From an uncultured Verrucomicrobiae bacterium (GTDB lineage Bacteria; Verrucomicrobiota; Verrucomicrobiia; Chthoniobacterales; UBA10450), in NCBI GenBank assembly GCA_963726745.1, contig CAVSDR010000006.1:96001-160000 (forward strand): 64,000 nucleotides of DNA. The letters run 5' to 3'. The position numbers and the translations under genes are program-made. This document shows, in pieces, positions 42,596 to 52,263 of this stretch; the stretch's first letter is position 1; each line of letters begins with the position of its first letter. The notes beneath the pieces are model-generated. The model did no database searches and had not been told where the DNA came from. It saw only the letters and a list, made by a program, of their open reading frames with translations.

Positions 42596-44365
42596 TTGAA
42601 AAAATATTTGCTCCTGCTGGCGTTGCTCGTGGCCGCGGTCTACGCGCCCGCGGTGGGAAACGGTTTTGTCTGGGACGACACCGCGCTCATCCTGCGCGAT
42701 CCCTTTATCCGCAGCTGGCGACTGATCCCGGAAGGCTTCGGGCATTTTCTTTTCACCGATGCGACGGCTTCGGATTTTTACCGGCCGATGCAACGGCTGA
42801 GCTACACGCTCGAGTATGCCGCCTTCGGTTTCCGTCCGGCGCCGTATCATGTGATCAATATCCTGCTGCACCTGGCGGCGGCCGGGGCGCTCTTCGCCTT
42901 CGCGCGGGAACTCCTGCGCTCTCTCGGCGCCAGCGAACGCCTCCGCAGCTGGGTGCCGCTGGTCGCGGCCGCGGTCTGGGCCATCCATCCGGTGCAGAGC
43001 GCGGCCGTGGTCTACATCTCTGGGCGGGCCGATGCACTCGCGGCGCTTTTCGGCTTCACCGCGCTCAGCTTTGCACTCGTTAGCCAGCGACTTGAGCGCG
43101 GAAGAAAATGGGGGGCGCTGGCGGGGGCGACGGTGCTTTTTCTGCTCGCGGCCCTGAGCAAGGAAGCCGGGCTGATCTTCCCGGCGCTCTGGCTGATTAT
43201 TCTCGTGGTGGAGCGGAAATGGAGCTGGCCCGTGCTCGCGGTGATTGCCCTGGTCTTCGTCGGTTATCTGAGCCTGCGCGTGCCGGCGGAGCACATCGCG
43301 CCCCCGCCGCGGCCCGCGCTCCCGCTGCTCGTTAGGCCGGTGTTGGCGGCGCGGGCGGTGGCGGAATATGCGGGGCTGCTCGCGTTCCCGCTGCACCTGC
43401 GCATGGAACGCACGGTCGAGACGCAGCCGAGCGGCTTCGGCAACGCAAGCATGACCGGCGCGGCCTGGCGGGAGCTGCAGACGCTCGCCGGGGTGCTCTT
43501 GGTTCTGGCATTTGGCTGGTGGATTTGGCGCGCCCGCACGGGTGATCGCGCTGTCTATTTGTCGCTCCTGCTCACCGTTTGCAGCTATCTCCCGGTCAGC
43601 GGCGTGCTCCCGCTCAACGCCACCGTTGCGGAACATTGGCTTTACCTGCCGAGCGCTTTCCTTTTCCTCGCGATCGGCCTGCGCGTCGCGCGCTTTCGAT
43701 TCGCGGCGCGCTGGCTGGTTCCTGCGCTCGCGCTCTGGATGGCGTTTCTCGGCGGGCGCACTTTCCTGCGCACCTTTGACTGGAAGGACCAGCGCACCTT
43801 CCTCGAGCGCACGCTGGCGCAGGGCGGCGATTCCGCGCGCATGCTGATTAATCTCGCGGGCCTGGAGATGAATGAACACCACTTCGCGGAAGCCAAGGCT
43901 CATCTCCGGCGCGCGCTCGAGAAGGAACCGGAGCAACCGCTCGCGCTGCTCAATCTCGCGGCCGTGGCCTTGAAGGAAAACGATTTCGCCGCGGCTCACC
44001 AATGGCTCGACCGCGCTCTCCCGCTTCCGCAAGTGGAGGCGCAAGCGCAGGAAATGTTGACTGTGCTGGAGCACAAAGAGAACGGGCAGATCGATCTCCG
44101 CCGCCTGCGCCTGGCCGCGCGCACCGGGCCGCCGAACTGGGCGATCGAGCAGCGTTTCGTTAGGTTACTGGCCGAGACCGGCGCGCCGGAGGCCGCGATC
44201 GCCGAGCTCCAGCATTGTCTCGAGAGCCAATGGTATCGCGCAGAAAGCTGGCAATTACTCAGCGAATTGGCGCAGGCCCACGGCCGGGAAGCGCTTGCGG
44301 CCGAAGCCCTGGCCCACGCGCGCGCCTACGATGTCCGCCTCGGCGAAAGCCGCGCGGCCCTCTAA
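42596..44365 (+). CDS. TMTC-like GT-C (putative protein O-mannosyltransferase) with TPRs
   Basis: GFVWDD, FYRP, YHVINILLH, HPVQSAAV..ISGRAD, LSKEAG, AEHWLYLPS, C-terminal TPRs. Confidence 0.85.
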   Translation: MKKYLLLLALLVAAVYAPAVGNGFVWDDTALILRDPFIRSWRLIPEGFGHFLFTDATASDFYRPMQRLSYTLEYAAFGFRPAPYHVINILLHLAAAGALFAFARELLRSLGASERLRSWVPLVAAAVWAIHPVQSAAVVYISGRADALAALFGFTALSFALVSQRLERGRKWGALAGATVLFLLAALSKEAGLIFPALWLIILVVERKWSWPVLAVIALVFVGYLSLRVPAEHIAPPPRPALPLLVRPVLAARAVAEYAGLLAFPLHLRMERTVETQPSGFGNASMTGAAWRELQTLAGVLLVLAFGWWIWRARTGDRAVYLSLLLTVCSYLPVSGVLPLNATVAEHWLYLPSAFLFLAIGLRVARFRFAARWLVPALALWMAFLGGRTFLRTFDWKDQRTFLERTLAQGGDSARMLINLAGLEMNEHHFAEAKAHLRRALEKEPEQPLALLNLAAVALKENDFAAAHQWLDRALPLPQVEAQAQEMLTVLEHKENGQIDLRRLRLAARTGPPNWAIEQRFVRLLAETGAPEAAIAELQHCLESQWYRAESWQLLSELAQAHGREALAAEALAHARAYDVRLGESRAAL

Positions 44366-44483
44366 ATTTTCGTTCGTTAGGCAAAACCGCGCGCCGATAC
44401 ACGCGCGCTCCTCGCTTTGCCCGAATCAAAAACTGCGGGGACTGAATAAGGTTCCCGGCAATTCGTCAGTTCTTTCCACACTT

Positions 44484-45611
44484 ATGAAAACATCCATCCA
44501 ATTCGGGGCATTCATGGCGGCGGTGGGTCTCGCCTTTGCTTCCGCACACGCACAGACCCAGGCGACCACCAGCACCAGCTCGACCACAGAGTATGTCCAG
44601 AGCAGCAAAATTATCGGCAGCAAGATTCGCGGCTCCGACGGCGCCGAGATCGGCGTGATCAAGGACATCGTCCTCGATCGCCAGACCGGTTGCATGGCGT
44701 ACACCGTCCTCGAAACCGGCGGCGCGGCGAATGTCGCGGCCAGCAGCGGCGGTTCCTCGTCGCGCACTTCCAGCACGACGACCACAACCCGCAAGACCGT
44801 GGCGATGCCTTGGACCGCGGTGACGACCACCAGCGACCCAACGGTCTACACCACCTCGATTCAACGCGAGCGCATCTACAGCGCGCCAGTGGTGGATTAC
44901 AACCACATCGAGCAATACGGCCGCCCGGATTACATCAGCAATGTCTACAGCTACTACGGCGTGCAGCCAGCCGTGGGCGTGAACATCGGCATCTCCGGCA
45001 GCTCCACCCGTGCGAACACGACCACGCAGACCGGCTACGGTGCTTCCACCAACGCGACCGCGCCAGCGACCACCTCGACGCAGACGGGTTACAGCGCCTC
45101 CACGAGCGCGACCGCCAGCCCGGCGGCTTCGATCGCGCCCACCGCTGCACCTTCCGCCACGGCCGCGGCCAGCGCCACGCCGATGACGACCGCAACCCCG
45201 AAGACTGCTGTCACCCCGGCCTCGGCCACGGCGACCCCAGCCGCTTCGGCGCATAGCGCAACGACGCACGCCGCCACCCCGGCCGCGACCGCGACGCCCG
45301 CCACCAGCACCTCGAGCAAGACGAAGACCTCGACCACTGAAAGCGCTGACAAAAAAGCCGACAAGACCAGTGAGACCAAAGCCGCGACCGCGAGCGATGA
45401 ACACGCCACCGGTCACAGCGCGCACAGCAGCAGCGGCAAAGCCGAGAAAGCCACCGAGGACACCGTGAGTGGCACGAAGGCTTCGAAGTCGAGCGACGCG
45501 ACCGAGCCGACGAGCAGCAAGTCCGAGGAAAAGGCGACCAAGAAAGCCAGCAAAGGCAAAACCAGCGACGAACCCGCCAAGCCTGCGACCGACTCCACCC
45601 CGACTCCGTAA
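44484..45611 (+). CDS. Secreted PRC-barrel protein with long Ser/Thr/Ala- and Lys-rich low-complexity tail
   Basis: Signal peptide, SSKIIGSKIRGSDGAEIGVIKDIVLD, VYSYYGVQP. Confidence 0.8.
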   Translation: MKTSIQFGAFMAAVGLAFASAHAQTQATTSTSSTTEYVQSSKIIGSKIRGSDGAEIGVIKDIVLDRQTGCMAYTVLETGGAANVAASSGGSSSRTSSTTTTTRKTVAMPWTAVTTTSDPTVYTTSIQRERIYSAPVVDYNHIEQYGRPDYISNVYSYYGVQPAVGVNIGISGSSTRANTTTQTGYGASTNATAPATTSTQTGYSASTSATASPAASIAPTAAPSATAAASATPMTTATPKTAVTPASATATPAASAHSATTHAATPAATATPATSTSSKTKTSTTESADKKADKTSETKAATASDEHATGHSAHSSSGKAEKATEDTVSGTKASKSSDATEPTSSKSEEKATKKASKGKTSDEPAKPATDSTPTP

Positions 45612-45642
45612 GGAATCGCGGAAGGTCAAAGAAAACTAGTTC

Positions 45643-45682
45643 ACGGCAGGAGTGGCCTCGCGCTGCTCCTGCCGTTTCTTTT
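45643..45682 (+). terminator. Intrinsic terminator
   Basis: ACGGCAGGAG ... CTCCTGCCGT followed by TTCTTTT. Confidence 0.8.
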
Positions 45683-45689
45683 GCAATCG

Positions 45690-46946
45690 TTAGGCAGCGC
45701 TCTCTGCCTCCACCGCGGCGGTATCCGCCGGGAGGTATTTCACCCCGGCGAGCCAAATCACGCCCGAGAGCAGGAGCATTCCGGAAAGGACCAGGAAGGC
45801 GATGTTCATCGTCGTGTGCCCGCCGATGTAGCCGATCGCGGGAAAGGCGGCCGCGTCGCCTAACAAGTGGATGACTAAAATATTGAAAGCAAAAGCACTC
45901 GCCCGGACGGAGGGGCGGGCCACGTTCGCCAGCGCAGTGTTTGACGGACCGGTGTTCAGAAAAGCGAAGAAGAGGGCGATCGCGATCAAAAACCACGCGA
46001 GCGGAAAGGGCACAAAGAGCGCCGCAACAAAGAACGGGAACGCCAGGATCATTCCCGCACCGGAAACCAAGAAATAGGAGCCGGGATAACGCGCCCGCAT
46101 CCGGTCAGCCAGCCAGCCGCCAAGGAGGGTCGAACCCAGGCCGGCGACCACCAGGATCATCCCGAAGTAGGCCTTCTCGGTATCCGGCCGCCCGCGATAG
46201 CGCAGGTAGGCCGCGAGCCAAAAACCGAGCCCGCCGAGGGCGAAAGTGAACGCCGTCTGGGCGGCGCAATTGATCACATAGGAAGGCGTGCGCAGCAGCT
46301 GGCGGTATTGCGGCCAGCCGGCTCTCGCGCCTGCCGGGCGCGCACCTGCGAGCGTGCGCGGATCGCGCTGCCAAAAACAAATCAGCCCCAGCAAAATTCC
46401 CGGCGGCATGACCAGGTAAAACGCCCAGCGCCAGCCCCAATAGCCGGCGACCAGGCCGCCGATGACGTAGCCCAGCGCGCTTCCCACCGGAATTGCCGCG
46501 CAGAAAATCGCCAGGATGCGGCCGCGTTTCTCGATCGGGAAAAGGTCGGCTAAAATCGTGGGCGCGGCCGGCCCGTAGCCGCCTTCGCCGATGCCGACAA
46601 GCACGCGCGTGAAGAGCAAGATGCCGAAGGTCGCGGCCAGGCCCGACCCGCCGCTGGCCAGGCTCCAGAGAAGGACCGCGAGGCCGATGATGAGCCAGCG
46701 CGAGAAGCGATCCGCGAGCCAGCCGAGGGCCGGCGCGGAGAGCATGTAGGTGACGAGGAATGCGGTGCCGAGAAGGCCGGTGGTGGCCATCGCGTTCGGG
46801 TCGTTAGGCAGGAAAAAAGTATCGCGAATCTCCGGTTCGACCGCGGCCAGGACCTGGCGGTCGATGTAGTTGAAAAGATTGATCGCGAGGAGCAATCCGA
46901 GGGCGACACCCGCGCCCGGTTTGCGCTCTGAGGGTGCGCCCGTCAT
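45690..46946 (-). CDS. Spinster-like MFS transporter
   Basis: INLFNYIDRQ, GWLADRFSR, RVLVGIGEG, AIPVGSALGY, IHLLGDA. Confidence 0.85.
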   Translation of the reverse strand: MTGAPSERKPGAGVALGLLLAINLFNYIDRQVLAAVEPEIRDTFFLPNDPNAMATTGLLGTAFLVTYMLSAPALGWLADRFSRWLIIGLAVLLWSLASGGSGLAATFGILLFTRVLVGIGEGGYGPAAPTILADLFPIEKRGRILAIFCAAIPVGSALGYVIGGLVAGYWGWRWAFYLVMPPGILLGLICFWQRDPRTLAGARPAGARAGWPQYRQLLRTPSYVINCAAQTAFTFALGGLGFWLAAYLRYRGRPDTEKAYFGMILVVAGLGSTLLGGWLADRMRARYPGSYFLVSGAGMILAFPFFVAALFVPFPLAWFLIAIALFFAFLNTGPSNTALANVARPSVRASAFAFNILVIHLLGDAAAFPAIGYIGGHTTMNIAFLVLSGMLLLSGVIWLAGVKYLPADTAAVEAESAA

Positions 46947-46995
46947 GGAATTGCCGATTGCAGAGGTCAACGCCGCGAATGTAAACCATAAACCA

Positions 46996-49197
46996 ATGCC
47001 GCAACTTTCCCTGGCCGAACGCGCGCTCCTTTTCGTCGGCACCACCCTGGCGCGGGTGGTCTACCGCGTGCGCAGCCTTGGCCAGGAGAGCTTGCCCGCG
47101 GGCGGTTTTCTCCTGCTGCCGAATCACATCACCTGGGTCGACGCGATCGTGCTCCAGCTCGCGCTCCCGCGCCGCATTCGCTTCATCGTCGACGAAAGCT
47201 TTTATCGAAATCGCTGGCTGCACCCGATCTTGAAAACCGCCGGTTGCATCCCGATCACTGCGCGCCGGGCGAAGGATGCGATGCGGGAAGCGGCGGAAAG
47301 CATTCGCGCGGGCGAGATCGTGTGCGTTTTCCCCGAAGGCCAACTCTCGCGCTCGGGCACGCTCCTGCGCTTGCGGCGCGGCTATGAATTAATCGCGCGC
47401 CAGGCGGAGGCGCCGGTGGTGCCGGTGTGGCTGGACGATCTCTGGGGCTCGATCTTCTCCTTTCAGGGTGGGCGTTATTTTACCAAGTGGCCGCGCCATT
47501 TTCCCTACCGCGTGGTGATTGCGTTCGGCCGCCCACTCAGCCCGGAGGAAGCGGACATCGCGACCGTGCGCGAGGAATTGCTCAAGCTCGGCGAGCTCAG
47601 CTACAGCCGGCGGCCGGTCTTGCAGGAACATCTCGCGCGCGCCGCGCTCCGCGGGCTCAAGCGGCAGCCTTTCCGCACGGCGATCATCGACGGGATGGAT
47701 CACAGCACGATCTCGCGCGGAAAAATCCTCGGCGTGGCCACGGCGCTCTCGCGCCATCTGCGGCGCGACTGCCCGGAGCGACGCGTGGGCGTGGTTTTGC
47801 CGCCGGGAAAAGGCGGCGTGATCGCGAATGTCGCGATCGTGCTCGCGGGGAAGATTCCGGTGAATCTCAACTTCACCGGCAGCCGCGAAGCGATCGTTTC
47901 CGCGCAGGAGCAGGCCGGTTTGCGCACGATCATTTCCGCGCAAGCGGTCGCAAAAAAGCTGCCGGAATTTCCCTGGACGCCGAATGTGATCCAGCTCGAG
48001 CAACTCCTGCCGTCGATGAAGCCGGCGATCATTTGCTGGTGGCTGCTCACGCTGGTTTTGCCGACGAGATTGCTCGCCGCGCTCCTGCATTTGCCGAAGG
48101 TCGGCGACCGCACGGAAGCGCTTTTGCTCTTCACCAGCGGCAGCTCCGGCGCGCCCAAAGGCGTGCCGCTGACGCATCGCAACATCCTTGGGAACGTCTC
48201 GCAATTCACCGTCCTGCTCGACCTCCGGCCGGACGAAGTGGTCCTCGCGTCGCTCCCGTTTTTCCACACCTTCGGCTGCACGGTCACGCTCTGGTTTCCG
48301 GTGATCGAGGGGATCCGCATCGTGACTTATCCGAGCCCGCTGGAAGCGGCGAAAAACGCCGCCTTGATCGAGCGCTACGGCGTCACCGTGATGTTCGCCA
48401 CGCCCACGTTCCTGCGCGCGTATTTGCGCAAGGCCGAGCCGGCTCAACTCCAGAGCCTGCGCCTCGTGATCACCGGCGCGGAGAAGTTGCCGGCTGATTT
48501 GGCCAAGACCTTCGAGGAACGCTTCGGCAAACCCGTCTTCGAAGGCTACGGGCTGACCGAGACCTCGCCGGTAATCAGCGTGAACCTGCCCGACCCGATC
48601 CCGAAAGTCCCGGGCGAATCGGTGCAGCCGTCGCATCGCCTCGGCTCCACCGGAAAGATGGCGCCCGGCATTGCCGCGGAAATCCGCGATCCGGAGACGG
48701 ACGCGAAGCTCGCGCTGCACGAAACCGGCATGCTCTGGGTGCGCGGGCCGAATATTTTCGAAGGTTACCTGGACGCCCCCGAGCGCTCCGCCGAAGTGCT
48801 CCGTGACGGCTGGTTCAAGACCGGCGACCTCGGGCACATCGACGAGGACGGCTTTCTCCACATCAGCGGACGGCTCTCTCGTTTCTCGAAAATAGGCGGC
48901 GAGATGGTGCCGCATGAATTGGTCGAGCAAAAGATCCTGCAGGCGCTGAAAATGGACGACAGCGAGCGCGTGCTCGCGGTCATGGGGGTGCCCGATGAAA
49001 CCAAGGGCGAAGCGCTGGTCCTGCTCACGAGCACGCCGATTGATCCGCAGGAATTACGCAGCGCCTTGCGCGCGGCCGAGGTGCCGAATCTCTGGGTGCC
49101 GCGCACGATCCGGCAGGTCGAGGCCATCCCGGTGCTGGCTTCCGGCAAGCTCGATCTCGGGCAATGCAAAGAACTAGCGGCGACCGCCGTCGCGTAG
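46996..49197 (+). CDS. aas: Aas-like 2-acyl-GPE acyltransferase / acyl-ACP synthetase
   Basis: NHITWVD, FPEG; FTSGSSGAPKG, GYGLTE, TGDLG, RFSKIGGEMV, SGKLD. Confidence 0.9.
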   Translation: MPQLSLAERALLFVGTTLARVVYRVRSLGQESLPAGGFLLLPNHITWVDAIVLQLALPRRIRFIVDESFYRNRWLHPILKTAGCIPITARRAKDAMREAAESIRAGEIVCVFPEGQLSRSGTLLRLRRGYELIARQAEAPVVPVWLDDLWGSIFSFQGGRYFTKWPRHFPYRVVIAFGRPLSPEEADIATVREELLKLGELSYSRRPVLQEHLARAALRGLKRQPFRTAIIDGMDHSTISRGKILGVATALSRHLRRDCPERRVGVVLPPGKGGVIANVAIVLAGKIPVNLNFTGSREAIVSAQEQAGLRTIISAQAVAKKLPEFPWTPNVIQLEQLLPSMKPAIICWWLLTLVLPTRLLAALLHLPKVGDRTEALLLFTSGSSGAPKGVPLTHRNILGNVSQFTVLLDLRPDEVVLASLPFFHTFGCTVTLWFPVIEGIRIVTYPSPLEAAKNAALIERYGVTVMFATPTFLRAYLRKAEPAQLQSLRLVITGAEKLPADLAKTFEERFGKPVFEGYGLTETSPVISVNLPDPIPKVPGESVQPSHRLGSTGKMAPGIAAEIRDPETDAKLALHETGMLWVRGPNIFEGYLDAPERSAEVLRDGWFKTGDLGHIDEDGFLHISGRLSRFSKIGGEMVPHELVEQKILQALKMDDSERVLAVMGVPDETKGEALVLLTSTPIDPQELRSALRAAEVPNLWVPRTIRQVEAIPVLASGKLDLGQCKELAATAVA

Positions 49198-49641
49198 CGG
49201 ACGCCGCGGCACGAGCGCATTTGCGGTGTAGCTAAGCACGACTTCGCCGCGCTGGTTCGTGGCCACATTGCGCAGGCGCACAATTCCGTGGCCGGGCTTC
49301 GAACGCGAGGGGCGCAGCTCCAGGATTTCCGTTTCCAAGCGCAAGGTGTCGTTAGGCCGGACTGCGCGTGGCCAGCGCAACTCGTCCACGCCCAAGCCAA
49401 TCGCACCGCCCTCAAACTGGAGCGGGCCGGTGGTGAAAAGTCGCATCGCAATCGCCGCGGTGTGCCAGCCGCTCGCGGCCAGCCCGCCAAAGACGCTCGC
49501 CTCCGCGGCCGCATGCTCGAGATGAAACGCCTGCACATCGAACTCGCGCGCGAAGGCCACGATCGCCTCCTCGGTGACGCAATAGCCAGCGCTTTGGTAG
49601 CGTTGCCCGACAGCGAGGTCATCGAAGTAGAGTGCGCTCAT
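49174..49641 (-). CDS. MaoC-family dehydratase
   Basis: [37 protein letters not shown]. Confidence 0.88.
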   Translation of the reverse strand: MSALYFDDLAVGQRYQSAGYCVTEEAIVAFAREFDVQAFHLEHAAAEASVFGGLAASGWHTAAIAMRLFTTGPLQFEGGAIGLGVDELRWPRAVRPNDTLRLETEILELRPSRSKPGHGIVRLRNVATNQRGEVVLSYTANALVPRRPLRDGGRR

Positions 49642-49659
49642 GGGGGGCAACAGAAAAGC

Positions 49660-49734
49660 TGGTGCCAGGGGGGAGAGTTGAACTCCCGACCAAGGGCTTA
49701 TGAGTCCCCTGCTCTACCACTGAGCTACCCTGGC
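49660..49734 (-). tRNA. tRNA with CAT anticodon, non-initiator (Ile2 or elongator Met)
   Basis: GCCAGGGTAGCTCAGTGGTAGAGCAGGGGACTCATAAGCCCTTGGTCGGGAGTTCAACTCTCCCCCCTGGCACCA; cloverleaf, paired G1-C72, encoded CCA; A31-G39 mismatch. Confidence 0.95.
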
Positions 49735-49771
49735 GGCGCGGCGTGAAAAGTGGACGCCCGCAACCGTCGTG

Positions 49772-50584
49772 TCAACGACCGGCGGCGCTCGCCGCAGGGG
49801 AAGTTTTGGCCGCCGCGAGGTAGGGCGCGAGCTCGCGTTCCGACCCGCGGAGCGCAGCCATGAAACAGACGCCATCCTTTACTCGCACCGCCCCGGTCCA
49901 GCCCTCGTGCTCGACGTAGCGCCAGCCGCTCCATTCGCGCGGCTGCGCCTTTTTCGGATCGCGCTCCGCCGGGAACAGGAAGAACTGCAGACGCTTTTCC
50001 GGGACCGCGATCTGGGCCACGCGATGTCCGTCTTCATCGTCAAACACGCGCGCGGCCGCAGCCCGCAGGCCCGCAAACTCAGGCGGCACATCGTAGTGCT
50101 CCAGCCGGTGCTTCATGAAAAAGAGATCGCCCAATGCGCCCGCTTCCGTGGCCACCGGATCGAGCTGCGCTGTGCGCGTGGCGCTGGCGATCATGAGCAA
50201 CTTGCGCGCGGTCACAGAGCCGGGGAATTCCTGCATTCGCTCCATGACGATGAAGACGACCACGCCCGCGATCACCGCCATCGCGAGGGCGATCGAGATC
50301 ACCGCCGGGTTGCGGACAAACTTCCGCCAGGTGCGTCTGCTTTGCGGGATGAGCTTTTCGTTGCGGAACCATTCCTCGATCTCGCTCGAGACCGGCGTCG
50401 TCTGCACCAGCTGCGCCACCGCCTGGTCGAACTGCTGCTGGCGCGCGAACTCTGCGGAAATTTTCGAGCTCCGCCGCGCGCGCAAGACGGCCACGCGCAT
50501 CCGGCGATCGACGCCCGGCTTTTCCGTGATCGGGGCGAACCGCGCGAGCGCCTTCTCGCGCCCGGAGATGCGAAAAATGCTCAT
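49772..50584 (-). CDS. Single-TM protein, putative anti-sigma factor
   Basis: Coupled (ATGA) downstream of an ECF-like gene; central TM, extracytoplasmic C-domain. Confidence 0.6.
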   Translation of the reverse strand: MSIFRISGREKALARFAPITEKPGVDRRMRVAVLRARRSSKISAEFARQQQFDQAVAQLVQTTPVSSEIEEWFRNEKLIPQSRRTWRKFVRNPAVISIALAMAVIAGVVVFIVMERMQEFPGSVTARKLLMIASATRTAQLDPVATEAGALGDLFFMKHRLEHYDVPPEFAGLRAAAARVFDDEDGHRVAQIAVPEKRLQFFLFPAERDPKKAQPREWSGWRYVEHEGWTGAVRVKDGVCFMAALRGSERELAPYLAAAKTSPAASAAGR

Positions 50585-51087
50585 TCCTCGTAGACGTCCA
50601 CCGGCGTGGTCGCATTCAGCCAGGCCTGGAATTGCCGGCGCGCGTGCGCCAGTGCGCGGGAAACTTCCGTCGGCTTCAGGTCGAGGAGCGTGAGCAAATC
50701 CCGCGGGGTAAACTCATCCAGGTAATAGGCCGCAAGCACGCTCCGCTGCGGCTCCGGCGCGGCTGAGATCCAGATGGCTAATTGCTCCGCGGTGAGCTGG
50801 CCGATTTGCGCCGCAGCATGGGTGCCGACGTTCTCTTCCTCGAGGTGACCCTCCTCCGCCTGCAACCCCTGCTCGGCGAGCTCGAGGCAGCGATAGCGCG
50901 CATCGCGAAAGAACCAAAGCCGATCGGCGGGCGGCTCGTTGTGCGCCGCGCGCAGAGCGGCCTCCCGCAAGGTCGCCTGGAAAGCTTCCTGTGCCTTGCT
51001 CGCATCCCCCGTCATGAGAAAACAAAAGCGGTAGAGCTGCGGGAGATTCTGGTTCGTTTCGAGCACGCCGATTTTTTCCGCCCGCAT
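50581..51087 (-). CDS. Divergent ECF sigma-factor-like protein
   Basis: LYRFCFLMTGDASKAQEAFQ, WFFRDARYRC; region-4-like PEPQRSVLAAYY..ALAHARRQF. Confidence 0.65.
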   Translation of the reverse strand: MRAEKIGVLETNQNLPQLYRFCFLMTGDASKAQEAFQATLREAALRAAHNEPPADRLWFFRDARYRCLELAEQGLQAEEGHLEEENVGTHAAAQIGQLTAEQLAIWISAAPEPQRSVLAAYYLDEFTPRDLLTLLDLKPTEVSRALAHARRQFQAWLNATTPVDVYEE

Positions 51088-51223
51088 GTTACGCGCCGCA
51101 TCAGCGCGACAAGGGCAGGATGCAGTTGACGCACAAAGCGCACCCTGCCCCGGGGACAAGGTGCGCTCCGCGAATTCTTTTCCCGCGACAGCCATCGACC
51201 GTGCGCGACGCGTCTCCGGTCGC

Positions 51224-52140
51224 CTATTGCTTGCCGGTGGTGGTCGTGAACGCCCCCGCGAGTGGGATTGCCCATCAAGGAATTTCCCTGGAACGAATCA
51301 ATCGTGCCGCCGTTTTGCGACAACCCGGTGAGGTTTTGCGCGATCACGCTGTCGGAGACGCGCAGCGCGGAACTGGCACTCGCCTGCAGGCCAAAGACGG
51401 AATAGGAGACGAAAACGTGATCGAGATTGAGCAGCGAGTTATTGCCGCTTGTCTTGATGCAGGTGGAGGTGTGAGTGACCACGGAGTTGGTCACGCCACC
51501 GCGCACGTTGGCAACGGCGTCGATCCCATCCTGCCCGCAGTTCATGATGCGGGTCCGATCGATCGTGGCCACCACTTGCCCGGAAGTGGTCGTCATGTGG
51601 ATGCCGTCTTCGGTGATGTCCTCGATCACCGAATCAATCACTTTGAGGTTACCGTTGGCACCGAGGGCCACGTCGATGCCCCGAGATAGCTGGAACCGCT
51701 CTGAAGCTGTGGATCCAGCAGTGCTCGACCATGAGGGTGCCGCCGGCGAGGAAGCGGATTCCGTTGAGTCCCGTGCCGACGCCATTGATCGAAATGTCGC
51801 GCAGGATCACGGTGTCGTTCGGCGCCAGCGTTGACGATCACGCCGTTGGTTCCGGCCGCGAGGATGCCTGAAACCACGCCACTGCCATTAATGGTAATGG
51901 ACTTTGGTGATGGTCACGGCGCCGAACCCGCCCGGATCGAGCACGGAGATTTCTCCCCCGGCGGCCGTCTTGGAGATGGCGCCGGCGAAGGTTTTGCACG
52001 GAGCGGTGCGGCTGCAAGGGTTGGCGTCGTCGCCGACTCCAGAAACCCAGGTGCGCGTAGCCTGGGCGTGAGCCGCCGTAGAGAAAGCGAACGCGAGGGT
52101 CGCGGTCGCGAGGATTTTTTTGAAGGCTGGATGATTTCAT
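51224..52140 (-). CDS. Secreted right-handed beta-helix (pectin-lyase-fold) protein, multiple frameshifts
   Basis: Across frames: AQATRTWVSGVGDDANPCSRTAPCKTFAGAISKTAAGGEI, GILAAGTNGVIVNAG, IDRTRIMNC..., ending TTTGKQ*. Confidence 0.78.
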
Positions 52141-52263
52141 AGATGTTTTTGTTGCGGATTGCTGCTGGGAAACAAGATTACCGCCAATCGATTTTCCGCG
52201 GTATTTAATTCTTCCGGGTCGGCGAGTTGCCGGTGCCTGATCCCGGCGCGCTAAGGAAATTCG

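Noticed and set aside
49660..49734. tRNA as the integration site of a genomic island
   Set aside because: No integrase and no duplicated tRNA 3' end were seen, and flanking genes look chromosomal.
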